Of a stretch of DNA of 64,000 bases, positions 41,714 through 53,615 are shown piece after piece. Position 1 is the stretch's first letter, and each line of letters opens with the position of its first letter. Source of the DNA: an uncultured Planctomycetaceae bacterium. GTDB lineage: Bacteria > Planctomycetota > Planctomycetia > Planctomycetales > Planctomycetaceae. The notes beneath the pieces were generated by a model. The model saw only the letters and a program-made list of their open reading frames with translations. It made no database searches and had not been told where the DNA came from. A program made the position numbers and the translations under genes. Where the stretch lies: positions 960,001 through 1,024,000 of the forward strand of contig CAWFAK010000005.1 in assembly GCA_963813715.1 (NCBI GenBank), given 5' to 3'.

Positions 41714-44271
41714 TCAGCGCGAAGAAACCGGCACGCCGTCCTTCGTATCGGCGATGATCCGCGCGCCCTGTTCGACGGGCGCCACCGGCCGGTTCAGCAG
41801 CCGCTGCGATTCGTGCAGGACGAAACTGACGTCCATGAACGGCTCAAAGCTCACGTCGAACCAGCGGGCATAGCCGTCCTTGTCGATCAAGAACATCCCG
41901 TGCATGGGGATGTTCTCGAAGTTGTCGTAGGCGCGGAATGACTGGAACGCCGAGTATTTGTCGTCGGCCAGGACCAGGAACGGATAGGGGCCGTTCTTGT
42001 ACTTGTCCAAGAACTGCTTGACGTGGGCTTGGTTGTCCACGCTGACGGCGACGAGGGTCAGCCCCTCTTTCTTCAGTTCGTCGGCCTTCTTGGCAAAAGC
42101 CTCGAGCTGCTTCACGCAGTGCGGGCATTGGCCGCCCAGGAAGAACACCATCAAGACCGGTTTGCCGCGGAACTCGGCGAAGGTGTGCTCGTGTCCCTGG
42201 GCGTCTTGAAGTTTCCAATCGGGAGCCAGCCAAGGCCGCCAAACGAGCGGCCCCAGCGACTTGAGCGGGCGGCGTTGCTTGAGCGATTTGTTGAGGCTCT
42301 GCGGCAACCGCCAATCGGCCGGCAGGTCGAAGTCCTTCGCGATCGGCTGCAAGCGCGCCAGAGGGGGCGAATCGAGATCGGCCGTGCCGGCCAGCTCGCG
42401 GAGCTTGTCGAACTCTTTGCGGGCTTCGTCCTTCTGGCCGATGCGATAGAGGATTTCCACAAGATTGGCCTGCGGCTTCACCTGATACTCGCGGTTGTTG
42501 GCGAACTCGCGGGCGCACCACTCGGCCGCGTCGGGGTCGCCGGCCTCCAGCATCTGGCGGGACATGAAGGCGAAATCGACGTTCACCGAATCGTAGGGCA
42601 GCTCGAGCAGCGCCAAGTGCCGCTGAAACAGCCAGACTCCGCCGCCGATCGCTAAGGGCACGGTGAGCACGGCCACGACGATCGACCGGCGCTTGATCGT
42701 CAAGAATGCGGCCAGCTCGAGGACGAACAGCCCCCCCAAGCACATCACGAGCGCCCGGCGGCTCAGGAAAAAGCCGCTGACGATGCGTCGATACGATTCC
42801 AGTTCCTTGCGGGAGCGCCGCCAGTTCCGCCATGGGCCGAATATACTTCGACTGGACCGCCGCCATCGCCTTGTTGCGTTTCGACGTGTCGCCGATTTCG
42901 TCGACCGCTGTTTGCGCGGCCGCCTCCTCGGATTCGCTGAGTCGGCGGATTTCGGCAAGCTCTTTGTCACCGTCGGCGATCTTGCCGGTCGAGTAGTAGG
43001 CCACGCCCAGGTTGAGGTGCACCTTTCCCTGCTCGCCGAGCAACGACGTTTCCTCGATGTAACCCGACTTGCACGCGTCGATCAGATCCTCCCAGTACTC
43101 GAATTGACGCAGAGTTTGCAACAGACGCTCTCGGCCGTAGTAGGCGCTCGTGCCGTGCGTTTCGACGGTCTTCTTCTGCTCCTTCGGCGAGTCTTCGTCG
43201 TCGGCGCTATCGTCGTCGTCCGGGGGCTCGATGAGGTTGAACTGCGGATGCCGCGGCAGATCGATCATGTGCATCGCCGTCCGCCGCGCGTCCTGCGCCC
43301 GGCCCATGTATAGCAGCGTACGCACGAGCCATTCGTTGTTGTGGGCGTAGAAGACCGACTGGTCGGGAACCACATGGTCATGCATCATGCGGGCATGCTC
43401 GGTGCGGATACACGCCTCGAGCTGCCAGGCGGCCTGCGGGTACATGTGCAGAGTGAAGTAAATGTGCGTGGGCATGTGCCACATGTGGCCGATCGACGGG
43501 GCCGAATCGCCGCAGTGATCGGCCGAGTCGAGTGCGCGGCTCTCCATCGACGCGAGATTGCAGATGTGGATCACCGCGTGGTTGATCGGGTGATAGGGAT
43601 TCACCTTCAGGATGGCGTTGGCCAGTTCGACGGCATCGTGCACTTCGGTGTTGCTGGCCTGGCCCGTTTCGATGCGGAACCACATCCGCCAGACTTCGCG
43701 GGCCTTTGCCTCCTGGTCGTCCGGGTACTTGGCCATGATGGCCCGATAGCCGCCCTGGGAGGTCAACGCATCGATATACATCTGTTCGCGATCGCTCAGG
43801 CCGGCCTTGTTCTTGGCGGCCAATTCGGCGAACTCGCGGGCGCGGGACGGTCGGTAATGGTTGGCGATCGAGGCGCCCCACCACGCCATGCCGGCGATCG
43901 AGTGATCCAGGTGCCTCCGCCGCGCGGAAGGAGCGCTCGGCCTCGGCGTACCAGAAGCCATGCAGCTGGCCCACGCCCTGCTCGAAGAATTTTTGGGCCT
44001 TTTCGACCTTATGGGTGATGGGAAAGTGCACATTTCCCGTACCCCCCATCAGATAAGCACTTTGGCGCAGACCCGCGTCGAAAATCTCTCCGTGCCGGGA
44101 GTGGCCCGGCAGAATGCGCTCCTCCTGCTGCGGTGCGGTGGGCTCGCCGGGTATCTGCACCCGGGCGCTGGGTGTCTGAGTAAGGGCACTGCCGGGGGTC
44201 TGCGCAAAGGCACCGTCGGCCAGCAAGGCGACGAATCCGACGAGTAGCAGGCATCGGGCAACGGCCGGCAT
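41714..44271 (-). CDS. Secreted TPR-like protein with C-terminal redoxin (AhpC/TSA) domain; 2 frameshifts (~43920, ~42820)
   Basis: Signal peptide, FFEQGVGQLHGFWYAEAERSF and HMWHMPTHI. C-terminus APDWKLQD...FFLGGQCPHCVKQL. Confidence 0.8.
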
Positions 44272-44450
44272 GCGAACGCAACCTTCCCCGAACATGTACG
44301 ACAGTCATCGCCAAAGCGCCAAAAGAATCTCGACCCCCGCCGAATCCCCCGGTCCCGAGGGCCCCCAACTGAGTCTGGCACTGACTCCAAGTTGGCGCCG
44401 TCCAAGCTGGCGGCGCCAAATCTCGCACTGACCGGGTCCTGGCAAAGCCG

Positions 44451-47400
44451 TCAGTCCCGCGTCAGCGGAGTCGGCTGATCGCGTCCCTCCACGACCAGCA
44501 ACTCCTTGTCGGCCGAGATCCCGGCCAGATGCTGGTCGCGCCCCGACATCCAGTGGATCACGACCGATTCGACCGCGGTGTTTGGTCCGAGTCCAAAGAC
44601 CAGCGCCCGCTCGTTGCTCGCCTGGAACCCGTCCCCCGCGGTGAGCTGCCGCACGATCTTCTTGCCGCCGGCGGTCACTTCGACCGTGGTGCCGATCGCG
44701 TCCCGGGCCGAGCCCGTCCCCACCAGCCGCAGCGTCAGATGGTGGCCCGGCTTCTGGGTCGTGTTCGTCAGGAGGGCGGCCGGGAGCGTGCGCGTGACAA
44801 ATCACGACGTCTTCCAAGCCGTCGCGATTCCAGTCGAGCCGTGCGACCGCTCGTCCCAGGTGTTTCTCTTGAAAATAGGGCCCGAGCGTAGCCCCGGGCA
44901 CCAGGGCGAAATGTCCCCGGCCGTCGTTCGTGAAATACGCCGGGAGCATTTCGTAGGGCAGATATTCGCTCTTGGGATTGTCTCCGTTGCCGCAGGCGGT
45001 GATCAGGTCGAGCTTGCCGTCGAGATCGGCGTCGATTGCCTGGGTTCCATAACTGGTCGACATCAGGGTGGGGGCATAAAGTCCGGCCGATGCCGTGCTC
45101 TGATCGCGGAACAGCCCGCCTTTTTGTTGCAGGTAGAGCGTGTTGGGTTCTTCGACCAGGCTCGTTCCGTGGAAGTCGAGCAGGCCGTCGCCGTTGAAGT
45201 CCCCGGCGGCGAGACCGAGAGTTTTGCGCCCCGTTCCGTCGATAGCCAAACGCCAGGCCCATGGCGAGCCCGTTCTCGGTGAACTTGGGCGGATCACCCG
45301 GCTTCGCGACGTCGTTTTTGAAGAAGTAGTTTTGCGTCCCGCTGTTGCCGACTAAGAGATCGAGCTTGTGCGAGCCGTCGACATTAGCGGCGATCACCGA
45401 GGTGCCCCGGTCTGAGTAGCGGTCGATCTGGGCGGTTGCCGTCGCGTCCTCGAAGCGGCCGTCGCCCTGGTTGAGCCAGAGCCGATGGTGGGCCGTGGGG
45501 AATCCGAAGGTCACGCATGGGTAGTGGTGGTTGTCCCGATCGCTACAGATTCGCGTGAGCGCGTCCCCCTCCAGATAACCGAGCGTGTAGATGTCCGGCA
45601 GCGAGTCGCCGTTGAAGTCGGCGATGACGCAGCTGCTCGTCCATTGCGACTCGGTGGCTCCCGAATCTTCCGAGGCGTCGCTGAACGTGCCGTCCCCGTT
45701 GTTGGAAAAGAGCCGATTGGAGCCGACGTTGCCCACGTAGATGTCGGGGAAGCCGTCGTTGTCGATGTCGCCGACGGAGACGCCCTGGCTGAAGCCGGTC
45801 TCGACGAGGTGCGTTTGGGCTGTCACGTCGGCGAAGTGCCCGTCGCCCAGATTGCGATAGAGCCGGTCGAGATGATCGGTTTGATCGCGGTCCTGCGGAT
45901 CCTTGCTGCCCTGCGCGAAATAGAGATCGGGCCAGCCGTCACGATCGAAATCGACCACACCCACGCCGCCCCCATTGACGCCGTGAAACTTGTTGAGCCC
46001 GTGGACTTCGGGGTCGCTGCCGTCAAAGTACGTGAAGGCGACGCCCGCGGCCTTGGCCTGATCCGCGAACGATACGCGGCTGGCCGGCACTTGAGGGGTC
46101 GGCACTGCGGAGGCTACGGTCCACTTCGGCAACGGCAGTTTTGAGAGGTCGACTTTGTTGGCCGGGTTGAAGTTGGGCAGCGTCCGCTTCTTCTCGAGGT
46201 TCTTCAGTTCGCCCTCGGCCTGCTTGAGGTCCTGTTCGAGGGCCTTGTTGGAGGGGTCGATCTGGTACGTCATTTGGGTCCAGCCGTAGGCCTCCCAAAA
46301 GTTGCCCAGCTCGCCGGCCGCCTTGATGGCGCGGTTGGCCAGCTCGAGATCCCCCTTGCCCAGCTCATAGGCGCGGAAGTGATTGAGCCGCGCCAGTTCC
46401 ATGTAGTCAGCCAGCTTCTGCGCCCGTTCGAGGAACGGGGCGGCGTCGTTCTTGCGGTTGAGCGAAGTGAGTAAGAGGCCGAGCTGGTAATTGGCGGTCT
46501 GGCGGTTCGGGTCGCGCTTGAGCTCCTCCCAATAACAACGGGCGGCGATTTCCGGCTCGTGAGCGCGCTCGGCCCGCGCGCCTCGCAGCGACCAGAAAAG
46601 CGGGTGATCCGCGAGCGACGGTTTGGCTTCCGCGTTCCACTTGAGATATTTCGCGTCGTTACCCGACTCGAAGAGCACCTGGCCGAGGCGGATCTGCGCT
46701 TCATCGATGGTCGGCGCCGTTTCGATAACCTTGCGCAGCACGGCTTCGGCTTCGTCGTACTTCGTCTGCGACCGCAGCATGTTCGCCCGGCCGAGCATGA
46801 TGATGGGATCGTCCGGACTTACCTTCATTCCCCGCACCACTGTCTCGAAGTCGGGCGCCACGCGCTCGTTGCGCGCCAGATCGTCCATCAGTTGCACGTG
46901 CAGGCGTTGCTTCTGCTCGATCTCCGACAGCTCGAGGGGGATCAACTCCCAGGTTCGCGTGCTCAATCGCATCAAACCGGCCAGCAGCCACGTCGCACTC
47001 GGTTCTTCCGGTTGCAGCTGCAGCGCGCGGCGATATTCCTCTTCGCCTTCCCGATACTTTTGGTACTGGTTGCACAGGATCTGGCCGGCTTGCAAGTGGC
47101 ACCAGGCGGCCGCGTCGCTTTCACTGTCTTGCGCCCGCTGAAAATACGGGAGCGCCTCCTTCTCCCGGCTCTGCCGCACGAGGCTCTGTCCGTAGAAGAG
47201 CAGCGCCTGCGTGGAGCGCGGCTCTCGCGCCAGCACGCGCTCGGCGTAATGTTCCGTCTCGATGTATTTGGCGAGCGCTTGCTTGGGATCGGTCGAGATC
47301 TGCTTCTCGCCGTCCGTGAACGACTCCTGCATCTTTTTGAGGAGCGACGGCACCGGCTCGGTGTCCACCTTCATGGTGGCGTAAACGCCGGCGGCCACGA

Positions 47401-47521
47401 ACCCGCCCAGGATCAGCAGGACGACGATCAATCGCAACTTGATGGCGCCGGCACGCGAACGAACCGGGCAGCCGCAGGGCCGGACGGACCGTCCCAACGG
47501 CGAAAATCGGGAAGGGTGCAT
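44451..47521 (-). CDS. TPR + CRTAC1/FG-GAP + ASPIC/UnbV protein; 2 frameshifts (~45250, ~44780)
   Basis: TM anchor, TPR helices and FG-GAP repeats (DFDRDGWPDLY, GDIDNDGFPDIY). C-terminus RDAIGTTV...GDGFQASNE...FGLG. Confidence 0.88.
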
Positions 47522-47654
47522 CGGAGAGAATGACTCGTAAACGAGGGACGAAGGGACGCGCGAGCGGCGCGTAAAAAAGACGGCTCAATCAACCATACAT
47601 TCCGGGACTGGCGAAGTGAAGGGCGGCAGAGCCACCGGCAGGGACTCCTGCGCC

Positions 47655-48083
47655 TCAGGAGGCGCGGCCCGAGCTCAGCCCGCGAAGATGGCCGGCGGAG
47701 GACTCGAAGAACCGCCGGCGACGCTCAGTTGCGGTCCCGCCCGTGCGGGTCGCACGCTCCAAATCGTCGAGGTTAGCTGCACAAATTCGACAGCCGACCG
47801 AGCGCAAGTGAAATTCGACGTACTCGGCCAGCGAGGGCTCGAGTGTCCCCAGCAGGAAGCCCCCCAACTGTTTCCGGCTCGGACAACTCAGCCGCCGGCG
47901 CCGCCAGATTTCTCCCACCGAGTGGATTCCGTCGTCGCGTCGCCGCGACAGCGAGGCCACGCGCAGCCTCAGGGCCTCGTTGCGGCGGAGATCGCTCTCG
48001 ATGGCCGTCATCCGTTCGGCCGGCAACATCTCGTCGAGATAGGCGAGCAAATCGGCGTCCGAATGTGCATCAGAAGCAGCCAT
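47655..48083 (-). CDS. Anti-sigma-like zinc-finger protein
   Basis: LLAYLDEML N-terminal helix, plus CPSR.QLGGFLLG and HLRSVGCRIC (H-x-C-x2-C type). Confidence 0.65.
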   Translation of the reverse strand: MAASDAHSDADLLAYLDEMLPAERMTAIESDLRRNEALRLRVASLSRRRDDGIHSVGEIWRRRRLSCPSRKQLGGFLLGTLEPSLAEYVEFHLRSVGCRICAANLDDLERATRTGGTATERRRRFFESSAGHLRGLSSGRAS

Positions 48084-48294
48084 TTGCGCGATTTTAGCCG
48101 GCTTTGGGACTGCTTGCCACCGCCCGACCCGCTCGGTAGCATAAAGCCGCTTTTGGCCGACGAGCGAGCGGGGGACGTGGCTCGGAAAGGCCGGGAAACC
48201 ATCGGGTTAGGGCCGGCGCGGCCCGGCGTTTGCAGCTCCGGTGTCCCAATCTCGGCGACGTCTCAGCCCCCCCCGCCAATTTTGCAGGTGAACC

Positions 48295-49143
48295 GTGCCC
48301 GTTCGAGCACCGCAGAAATCGGTTCCGGAGCTGTTGGCAATCGCCAAGACACTGCGGAAAGACATCATCCGCATGACGACCGCGGCCGGCAGCGGCCATC
48401 CCACCAGCAGCCTGTCGGCGGTCGAAGTGGTGGCGGCACTTTATTTCGGCGGTTTCATGCGGTACGACCCGGCCGCTCCCCATGATCCCCAGCGAGACCG
48501 GTTCATCCTCAGCAAAGGGCACGCGGTGCCCGTCCTTTACGCGGCAATGGCCGAGGCCGGCTATTTTCCAACCGAGGAACTGTTGACCCTGCGAAAGCTG
48601 GGCGGCCGGCTCGAAGGGCACCCGAACATGCGGCGACTGCCAGGGATCGAAGCGTCCACCGGGTCGCTCGGTCAGGGACTTTCGTTCGGCATCGGCGAAG
48701 CGCTCGCCTGCCGCCTCGACAAACTCGACTCACACGTTTACGTGATGTTGGGCGACGGCGAAATCGAGGAAGGGCAGGTCTGGGAGGCCTTCGCCGCCGG
48801 TCACAAATACAAGCTCGGCAACCTGACGGCCATCGTCGATCGCAACGGTTTTCAGCAGACCGGCGCGACCGCCCACGTTCTGGACATGACGTCGGTGGCT
48901 GACAAGATCGCTGCCTTCGGCTGGCACACGCAGTCGGTCGAGGGGAACGACATGCAGGCCGTCGTCGATGCGCTGACGAAGGCGCGGCAAGTCAAAGATC
49001 AACCCACGGCCATCGTCTCCCACACCCGCAAGGGCTTTGGGATTCTGCCCCTCTTGGAGAAAGAGGGAGACCTCAACTACCACGGCAAGCCGCTCTCCAA
49101 GGAGCTGGCGGAACAGGCGCTGCAACTGATCGACGCCAGTTGA
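48295..49143 (+). CDS. Transketolase, N-terminal subunit
   Basis: Motifs SGHP, RDRFILSKGH, STGSLGQGL, GDGEIEEGQVWEA (ThDP motif) and YHGK. Confidence 0.95.
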   Translation: MPVRAPQKSVPELLAIAKTLRKDIIRMTTAAGSGHPTSSLSAVEVVAALYFGGFMRYDPAAPHDPQRDRFILSKGHAVPVLYAAMAEAGYFPTEELLTLRKLGGRLEGHPNMRRLPGIEASTGSLGQGLSFGIGEALACRLDKLDSHVYVMLGDGEIEEGQVWEAFAAGHKYKLGNLTAIVDRNGFQQTGATAHVLDMTSVADKIAAFGWHTQSVEGNDMQAVVDALTKARQVKDQPTAIVSHTRKGFGILPLLEKEGDLNYHGKPLSKELAEQALQLIDAS

Positions 49144-49229
49144 CCGTCAGCGACAGTCAGCGGTTCAGCGACACACGGGCATTGGCGACACACGGGCACT
49201 CGCGAGACGCGGAAACGACGGACCGGAAG

Positions 49230-50189
49230 ATGAAGATCGGGGAAAAAAGCGGCCTCAAGCTCGGACAAGCGACGCGCGACGCGTTTGGCGACGCGCTCAA
49301 GGAGTTCGGTGGCACCCACGCGCAAGTCGTCACCGTCGACGGCGACGTCGGGAATTCGACCCGCACCGAGGTCTTCGCCCAAGCCTATCCCGACCGCGCG
49401 TTCAACGTCGGCATTGCCGAAAGCAACCTGGTCAGCGTGGCCGGTGGACTGGCGGCTTGTGGCAAGATTCCCGTCGTAGCCAGCTTCGCCTGTTTTCTGC
49501 TGAACAACGCCTACGACCAGATTCGCATGTCGGTGGCTTTTCCTTCGCTCAACGTGAAGCTAGTCGGCTCGCACGCCGGCATCTCGATCGGCGAAGACGG
49601 TCCCTCGCAGATGGGGATCGAGGACGTCGCCCTCGCGCGGTCGTTCCCCGGCATGACAGTCATCGTGCCTTGCGACGCCCCGTCCACCAAAAAAGCGACC
49701 GCGGCCATGCTCACACATGAAGGGCCGACGTACCTGCGGCTCGGCCGTCCGAAGGTCCCCGTCGTCTATCCGAATGGCTGCGACTTCGAGATCGGCAAAG
49801 CCATCACCGTGCGCGACGGCTCGGACGTGACCATCATCGCCAACGGGCTGATGGTGGGCGTCGCCCTCGACGCGGCCCATGATCTGGCGGCCGAAGGAGT
49901 TTCGGCCCGCGTCGTCGACATGCACACGGCAAAGCCGATCGACGAAGAAGCGATCATCAAGGCGGCCCGCGAAACGGGCGCGATTGTCGTTGCCGAAGAA
50001 CACCTGGCCGCCGGCGGGCTGGGGTCGGCCGTGGCGATGGTCGTTGGGCAAACACTTCCAGTTCCTCTGGCGTACGTCAATCTCGGCGATCGCTACGCCG
50101 AAAGCGGGGACGCGGAGGGTCTGCTCGAACATTACGGACTCACAGCGGCGGCGGTGTGCGATGCCGTGCGGCGCGTCAGCCGCCGCTAG
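49230..50189 (+). CDS. Transketolase, C-terminal subunit
   Basis: Motifs ATRDAFG, NVGIAE, YDQIR, SHAGISIGEDGPSQ, YLRLGR, KPID and AEEH. Confidence 0.95.
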   Translation: MKIGEKSGLKLGQATRDAFGDALKEFGGTHAQVVTVDGDVGNSTRTEVFAQAYPDRAFNVGIAESNLVSVAGGLAACGKIPVVASFACFLLNNAYDQIRMSVAFPSLNVKLVGSHAGISIGEDGPSQMGIEDVALARSFPGMTVIVPCDAPSTKKATAAMLTHEGPTYLRLGRPKVPVVYPNGCDFEIGKAITVRDGSDVTIIANGLMVGVALDAAHDLAAEGVSARVVDMHTAKPIDEEAIIKAARETGAIVVAEEHLAAGGLGSAVAMVVGQTLPVPLAYVNLGDRYAESGDAEGLLEHYGLTAAAVCDAVRRVSRR

Positions 50190-50286
50190 TCGTTCACCGA
50201 TCCATTTAGTACGAATTCCTTGCGGCCGAGAACGAGATCGCTGCGGAGCAGCCGGCGGGCCACGTTCCGCTTTGACCAGGTGTTGA

Positions 50287-51244
50287 GTGATCGAGTATCG
50301 GACGTTTGCCAATCGCGACCCGGCACGAATGGCCGCCCTCTGGAACGGTATGCCGCTGGGTCGAGGCGCCGCGACCGGCATCGGCGTCGATGCGTTCGAG
50401 ACGCTCAACTTCGCCCAGCCCTATTTCGATCGCAAGGGCGTCATCCTCGCCTTCGACGGCGCCGAACTGGTCGGCTTTGTGCACGCCGGCTTCGGTGCGA
50501 ACGCGGAGGAGACGACTCTCTCGTATGACGCCGGCGTAATCTGCGCCCTGATCGTGCATCCCAACTATCGACGGCAGGGAATCGGCCGCGAGCTCCTCCG
50601 GCGGGCCGAGACGTATTTGCGCGAGAAGGGGACCAAGAACGTTCCAGGCGGGCCCCAGCGCGCCGCGCGATCCCTTCTTCTTCGGGCTCTATGGCGGGAG
50701 CCGGCCGTCGGGCTTTATGGAGTCCGATCCCGATGCGGCCCCTTTCTTCACTGCGCTCGGTTATCAACCCGGCGAACGCTCCGCCGTCTTGCAGTGCGAC
50801 CTGACGACGCAGAAGAGCCCGATGAGTTTCCGCTTCGTCAACGTCCGCCGCAAAATGGAGCTGACGGTGTCGCCCGAGCCGTCCAAAATCACCTGGTGGT
50901 GGGAGACGCGCTACGGCCGGCTCGACACGGTGCAATTCAGCCTGCACTCCAAAGAAAATCCGGCCGAGGTAGCCGAGCTGACGGTAGTAGGCCTTGATCT
51001 GTATCTCACGGCCTGGCAGCAGCGCGCCGTCGGTCTGGCCGAGCTGCGGACCGTCACGACGGAAATGCGCAAAGGCTACGCGCAGGCGCTCCTGGTGGAA
51101 ACGTGCCGCCGCTTGAAGGACGAACTGGTCACCCTCGCCGAGGCACATGCGGTCGAGTCCAACCTGCCCGTGATCAAGCTGCTCGAGTCGTGCGGCTTCA
51201 CCCGCGTCGATACGGGAGTCGTGTACGTCAAGACGGAGTCTTGA
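50287..51244 (+). CDS. Tandem GNAT N-acetyltransferase; frameshift ~50645
   Basis: Two acetyl-CoA-binding motifs: VHPNYRRQGIGRELL and MRKGYAQALL...LLESCGF. Confidence 0.85.
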
Positions 51245-51342
51245 TTCGAGTGCGACTCGTTGTCAGATCCTGAGCGTCTTAAATTGTGTGCCACTGCTGA
51301 GCTTGCTCAGCAGTGTCTTCGGCGCGTCGGTCTGGAAAGCGG

Positions 51343-53107
51343 ATGTCCTTGAAAGACTGGCCACGGCTGGCTCGCACCGTCGCGCATCTGCGCCTTTCGC
51401 AAATCTTCTGGCGCGGCAGGTACGCGCTGCGTCGCCGCTATTTGTTGTCCTCGCACACCGAATCGCCGCCGCTTCCGCCAGAGGCGTGTCAGGGTGACCC
51501 GCTCACCCAGCTGGGCGAGCAATTGCGTGAGCACGACTTTCCTTCGGCCGCTGATGCTCCCATGATTGGCGATCAAGCGGCCATCGTCGAGCGCCTGTCG
51601 CGGGGCGTCTTCCGGCATCTCAACGAAGAGGGGCCGCTCGGTCGACCGCCGGATTGGTTGCTTGGCCCGCGTGACCGCGGCCGACTTTGGACGGTCACGC
51701 TGCACTATCACCACTGGGCGTGGGAACTCGCCGCGATCGCGGCAGCGGATGGTTCCTGCGCGGCCCAAGCGGGCGACCTCTATCGCGAATATCTCGACGA
51801 TTGGATCAAGCGATGCGATCTCTCGCGGCCGGGCGCTTCACCTGGCGTGGAACTCCTACGCCATCGGCACGCGTCTGGAACAGTGGGGCCTCTCGGCCCT
51901 GCGGCTCGGCCCGGGCTGGTGGTCGGCCAATCCGGAATTTGCCGAGCGATTGCTCACGAGCTTGTGGCGGCAGGCCCATCATCTTGCGAACAATATCGAA
52001 TGGGATTTGCGGGGCAATCACCTCGTTCGCGACGCCGTGGGACTGGCCTGGGCGGGTCGCTTCTTCGACGGTCCCGACGCTCCGCCGTGGCTCGCGCAAG
52101 CGGCTCAACTCGCCTGCGACCAGGCCCGCGAGCAAGTCCTTCCCGACGGCGGCCACTTCGAACGCAGTCCGATGTATCACCGGCATGTGATGCACGATTT
52201 CGATACGCTCGCGCACTTGATCAAGGACCCGGCCGCGCGAACGCAATTGAGTTCGGTCGTCGCCCGCATGCAAGAATTCGCCTCCTGGACACGCCATCCC
52301 GACGGCGGCGTGGCGCTCTTGAATGACGCGGCGCTCGACGAGGAACCATCGAGCACTCAGGCCTCGCCCGCGCAAACAGCGACGGAACCGCGCGGCGGGC
52401 GCCACTTCGCCGACACGGGCCTCGCCGTCTGGCACGGCGCGAAGTGGACTCTGTTCTTCGATGTCGGCCCGCTCGGCCCCGATTATCAACCGGGCCACGG
52501 CCACGCGGACAATCTCACGCTCGAATGTTCGTATGGTGGACAGCGGCTGTTCGTCGATCCGGGGACGCATTCGTACGACCACGATGAGCGGCGAGCGTAC
52601 GATCGCTCGACAGCCGCGCACAATACCGTCTGCGTCGACGGCACCGATTCGAGCGAAGTCTGGCACATCTTCCGCGTCGGCCGCCGGGCACGACCGATCG
52701 ACGTCCAAGTCACCGCCGACCAAACCCACTTCGACGCCAAAGCCGCCCACGACGGTTACCGACACCTGGGCCGCGTCATCCATCTTCGTCGCGTGCAGCT
52801 TGCCGACGACGAAACGCTCACGATCACCGACCGCGTCGAAGGCACGGGCTCCCATCAGCTCGAAGGCGGCTGGCTGCTCGCTCCAGACTGGATCGCGGCC
52901 CCCACGGAAGGCGGCTGGATCCTTCAGCACACATACCATCGCCTTCGTGTGCAACTGCTGGGGCCGAGACACCTCGAACTCTCCCTCGAGAACAAGCCTT
53001 GGCACCCGCAGTTTGGCATCGAGATCCCCACAACGCGTCTCGTCTGGCGCTACGCGGGGGCATTGCCATTCGAACTCAAAACGAGCGTCGCGGCTAAAAC
53101 AGAGTAG
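51343..53107 (+). CDS. Heparinase II/III family protein; frameshift ~51835
   Basis: Motifs LWTVTLHYH, IEWDLRGNHL, DGGHFERSPMYH, GHGHAD, VDPGT and RSTAAHNTV. Confidence 0.88.
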
Positions 53108-53189
53108 AATGGAGCGAGTTCATTTCGCCCCGTCTCTCGCCACGAGCAACCGACCGCTGGCTGGCTATCCGCCGCACCGGAGCAAGCCG

Positions 53190-53477
53190 ATGTGGATCAA
53201 ACGGTTTGAGTCATCAGAACTCACTGCCGACGTGATTGCCGCGATGAAGAGCGACGGCTTAACCGTTGCTGACGGACCAGGTGCTGATCGCGTGACGGTC
53301 ACCACGGACAAGGACTGGATGGCGAACAAGTGGGGAATGTCAAAGCGAATCATCCCCGACGGTGGGAAGGACACGTTTCTCGACCGCCTCGCCAAAATCG
53401 GCGCGTTGAACTTTATGGTGCTAATCATCGTGGCGGTCCTCGCCGTCGCCTGGTTCCTTTGGCGCGACCGAGGATGA
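53190..53477 (+). CDS. Small hypothetical protein with C-terminal TM helix
   Basis: ATG 53190 after GGAG. Ends in hydrophobic LNFMVLIIVAVLAVAWFLW. Confidence 0.55.
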   Translation: MWIKRFESSELTADVIAAMKSDGLTVADGPGADRVTVTTDKDWMANKWGMSKRIIPDGGKDTFLDRLAKIGALNFMVLIIVAVLAVAWFLWRDRG

Positions 53478-53489
53478 CTCGCCAGCTTG

Positions 53490-53612
53490 AAACCCGAATG
53501 ACCTAATCCGAATGACGAAAGAAGCACGAAGCCCGAAACGCAAGCGTCCTTCTTCGGGCTTAAGTCATTCGGTCATTCCTTCGTCATTCGTTCTTCGACA
53601 TTCTGGCTTCGA
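53490..53612. repeat. Intergenic palindromic element made of GAATGAC/GTCATTC units
   Basis: CCGAATGAC x2 and AAGCCCGAA on the left arm. TTCGGGCTT and GTCATTC x3 on the right arm. Confidence 0.7.
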
Positions 53613-53615
53613 CCC

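Noticed and set aside
52323..53189. 384-aa ORF overlapping the heparinase gene
   Set aside because: Alternate-frame read-through. Only 53190-53477 looks coding.
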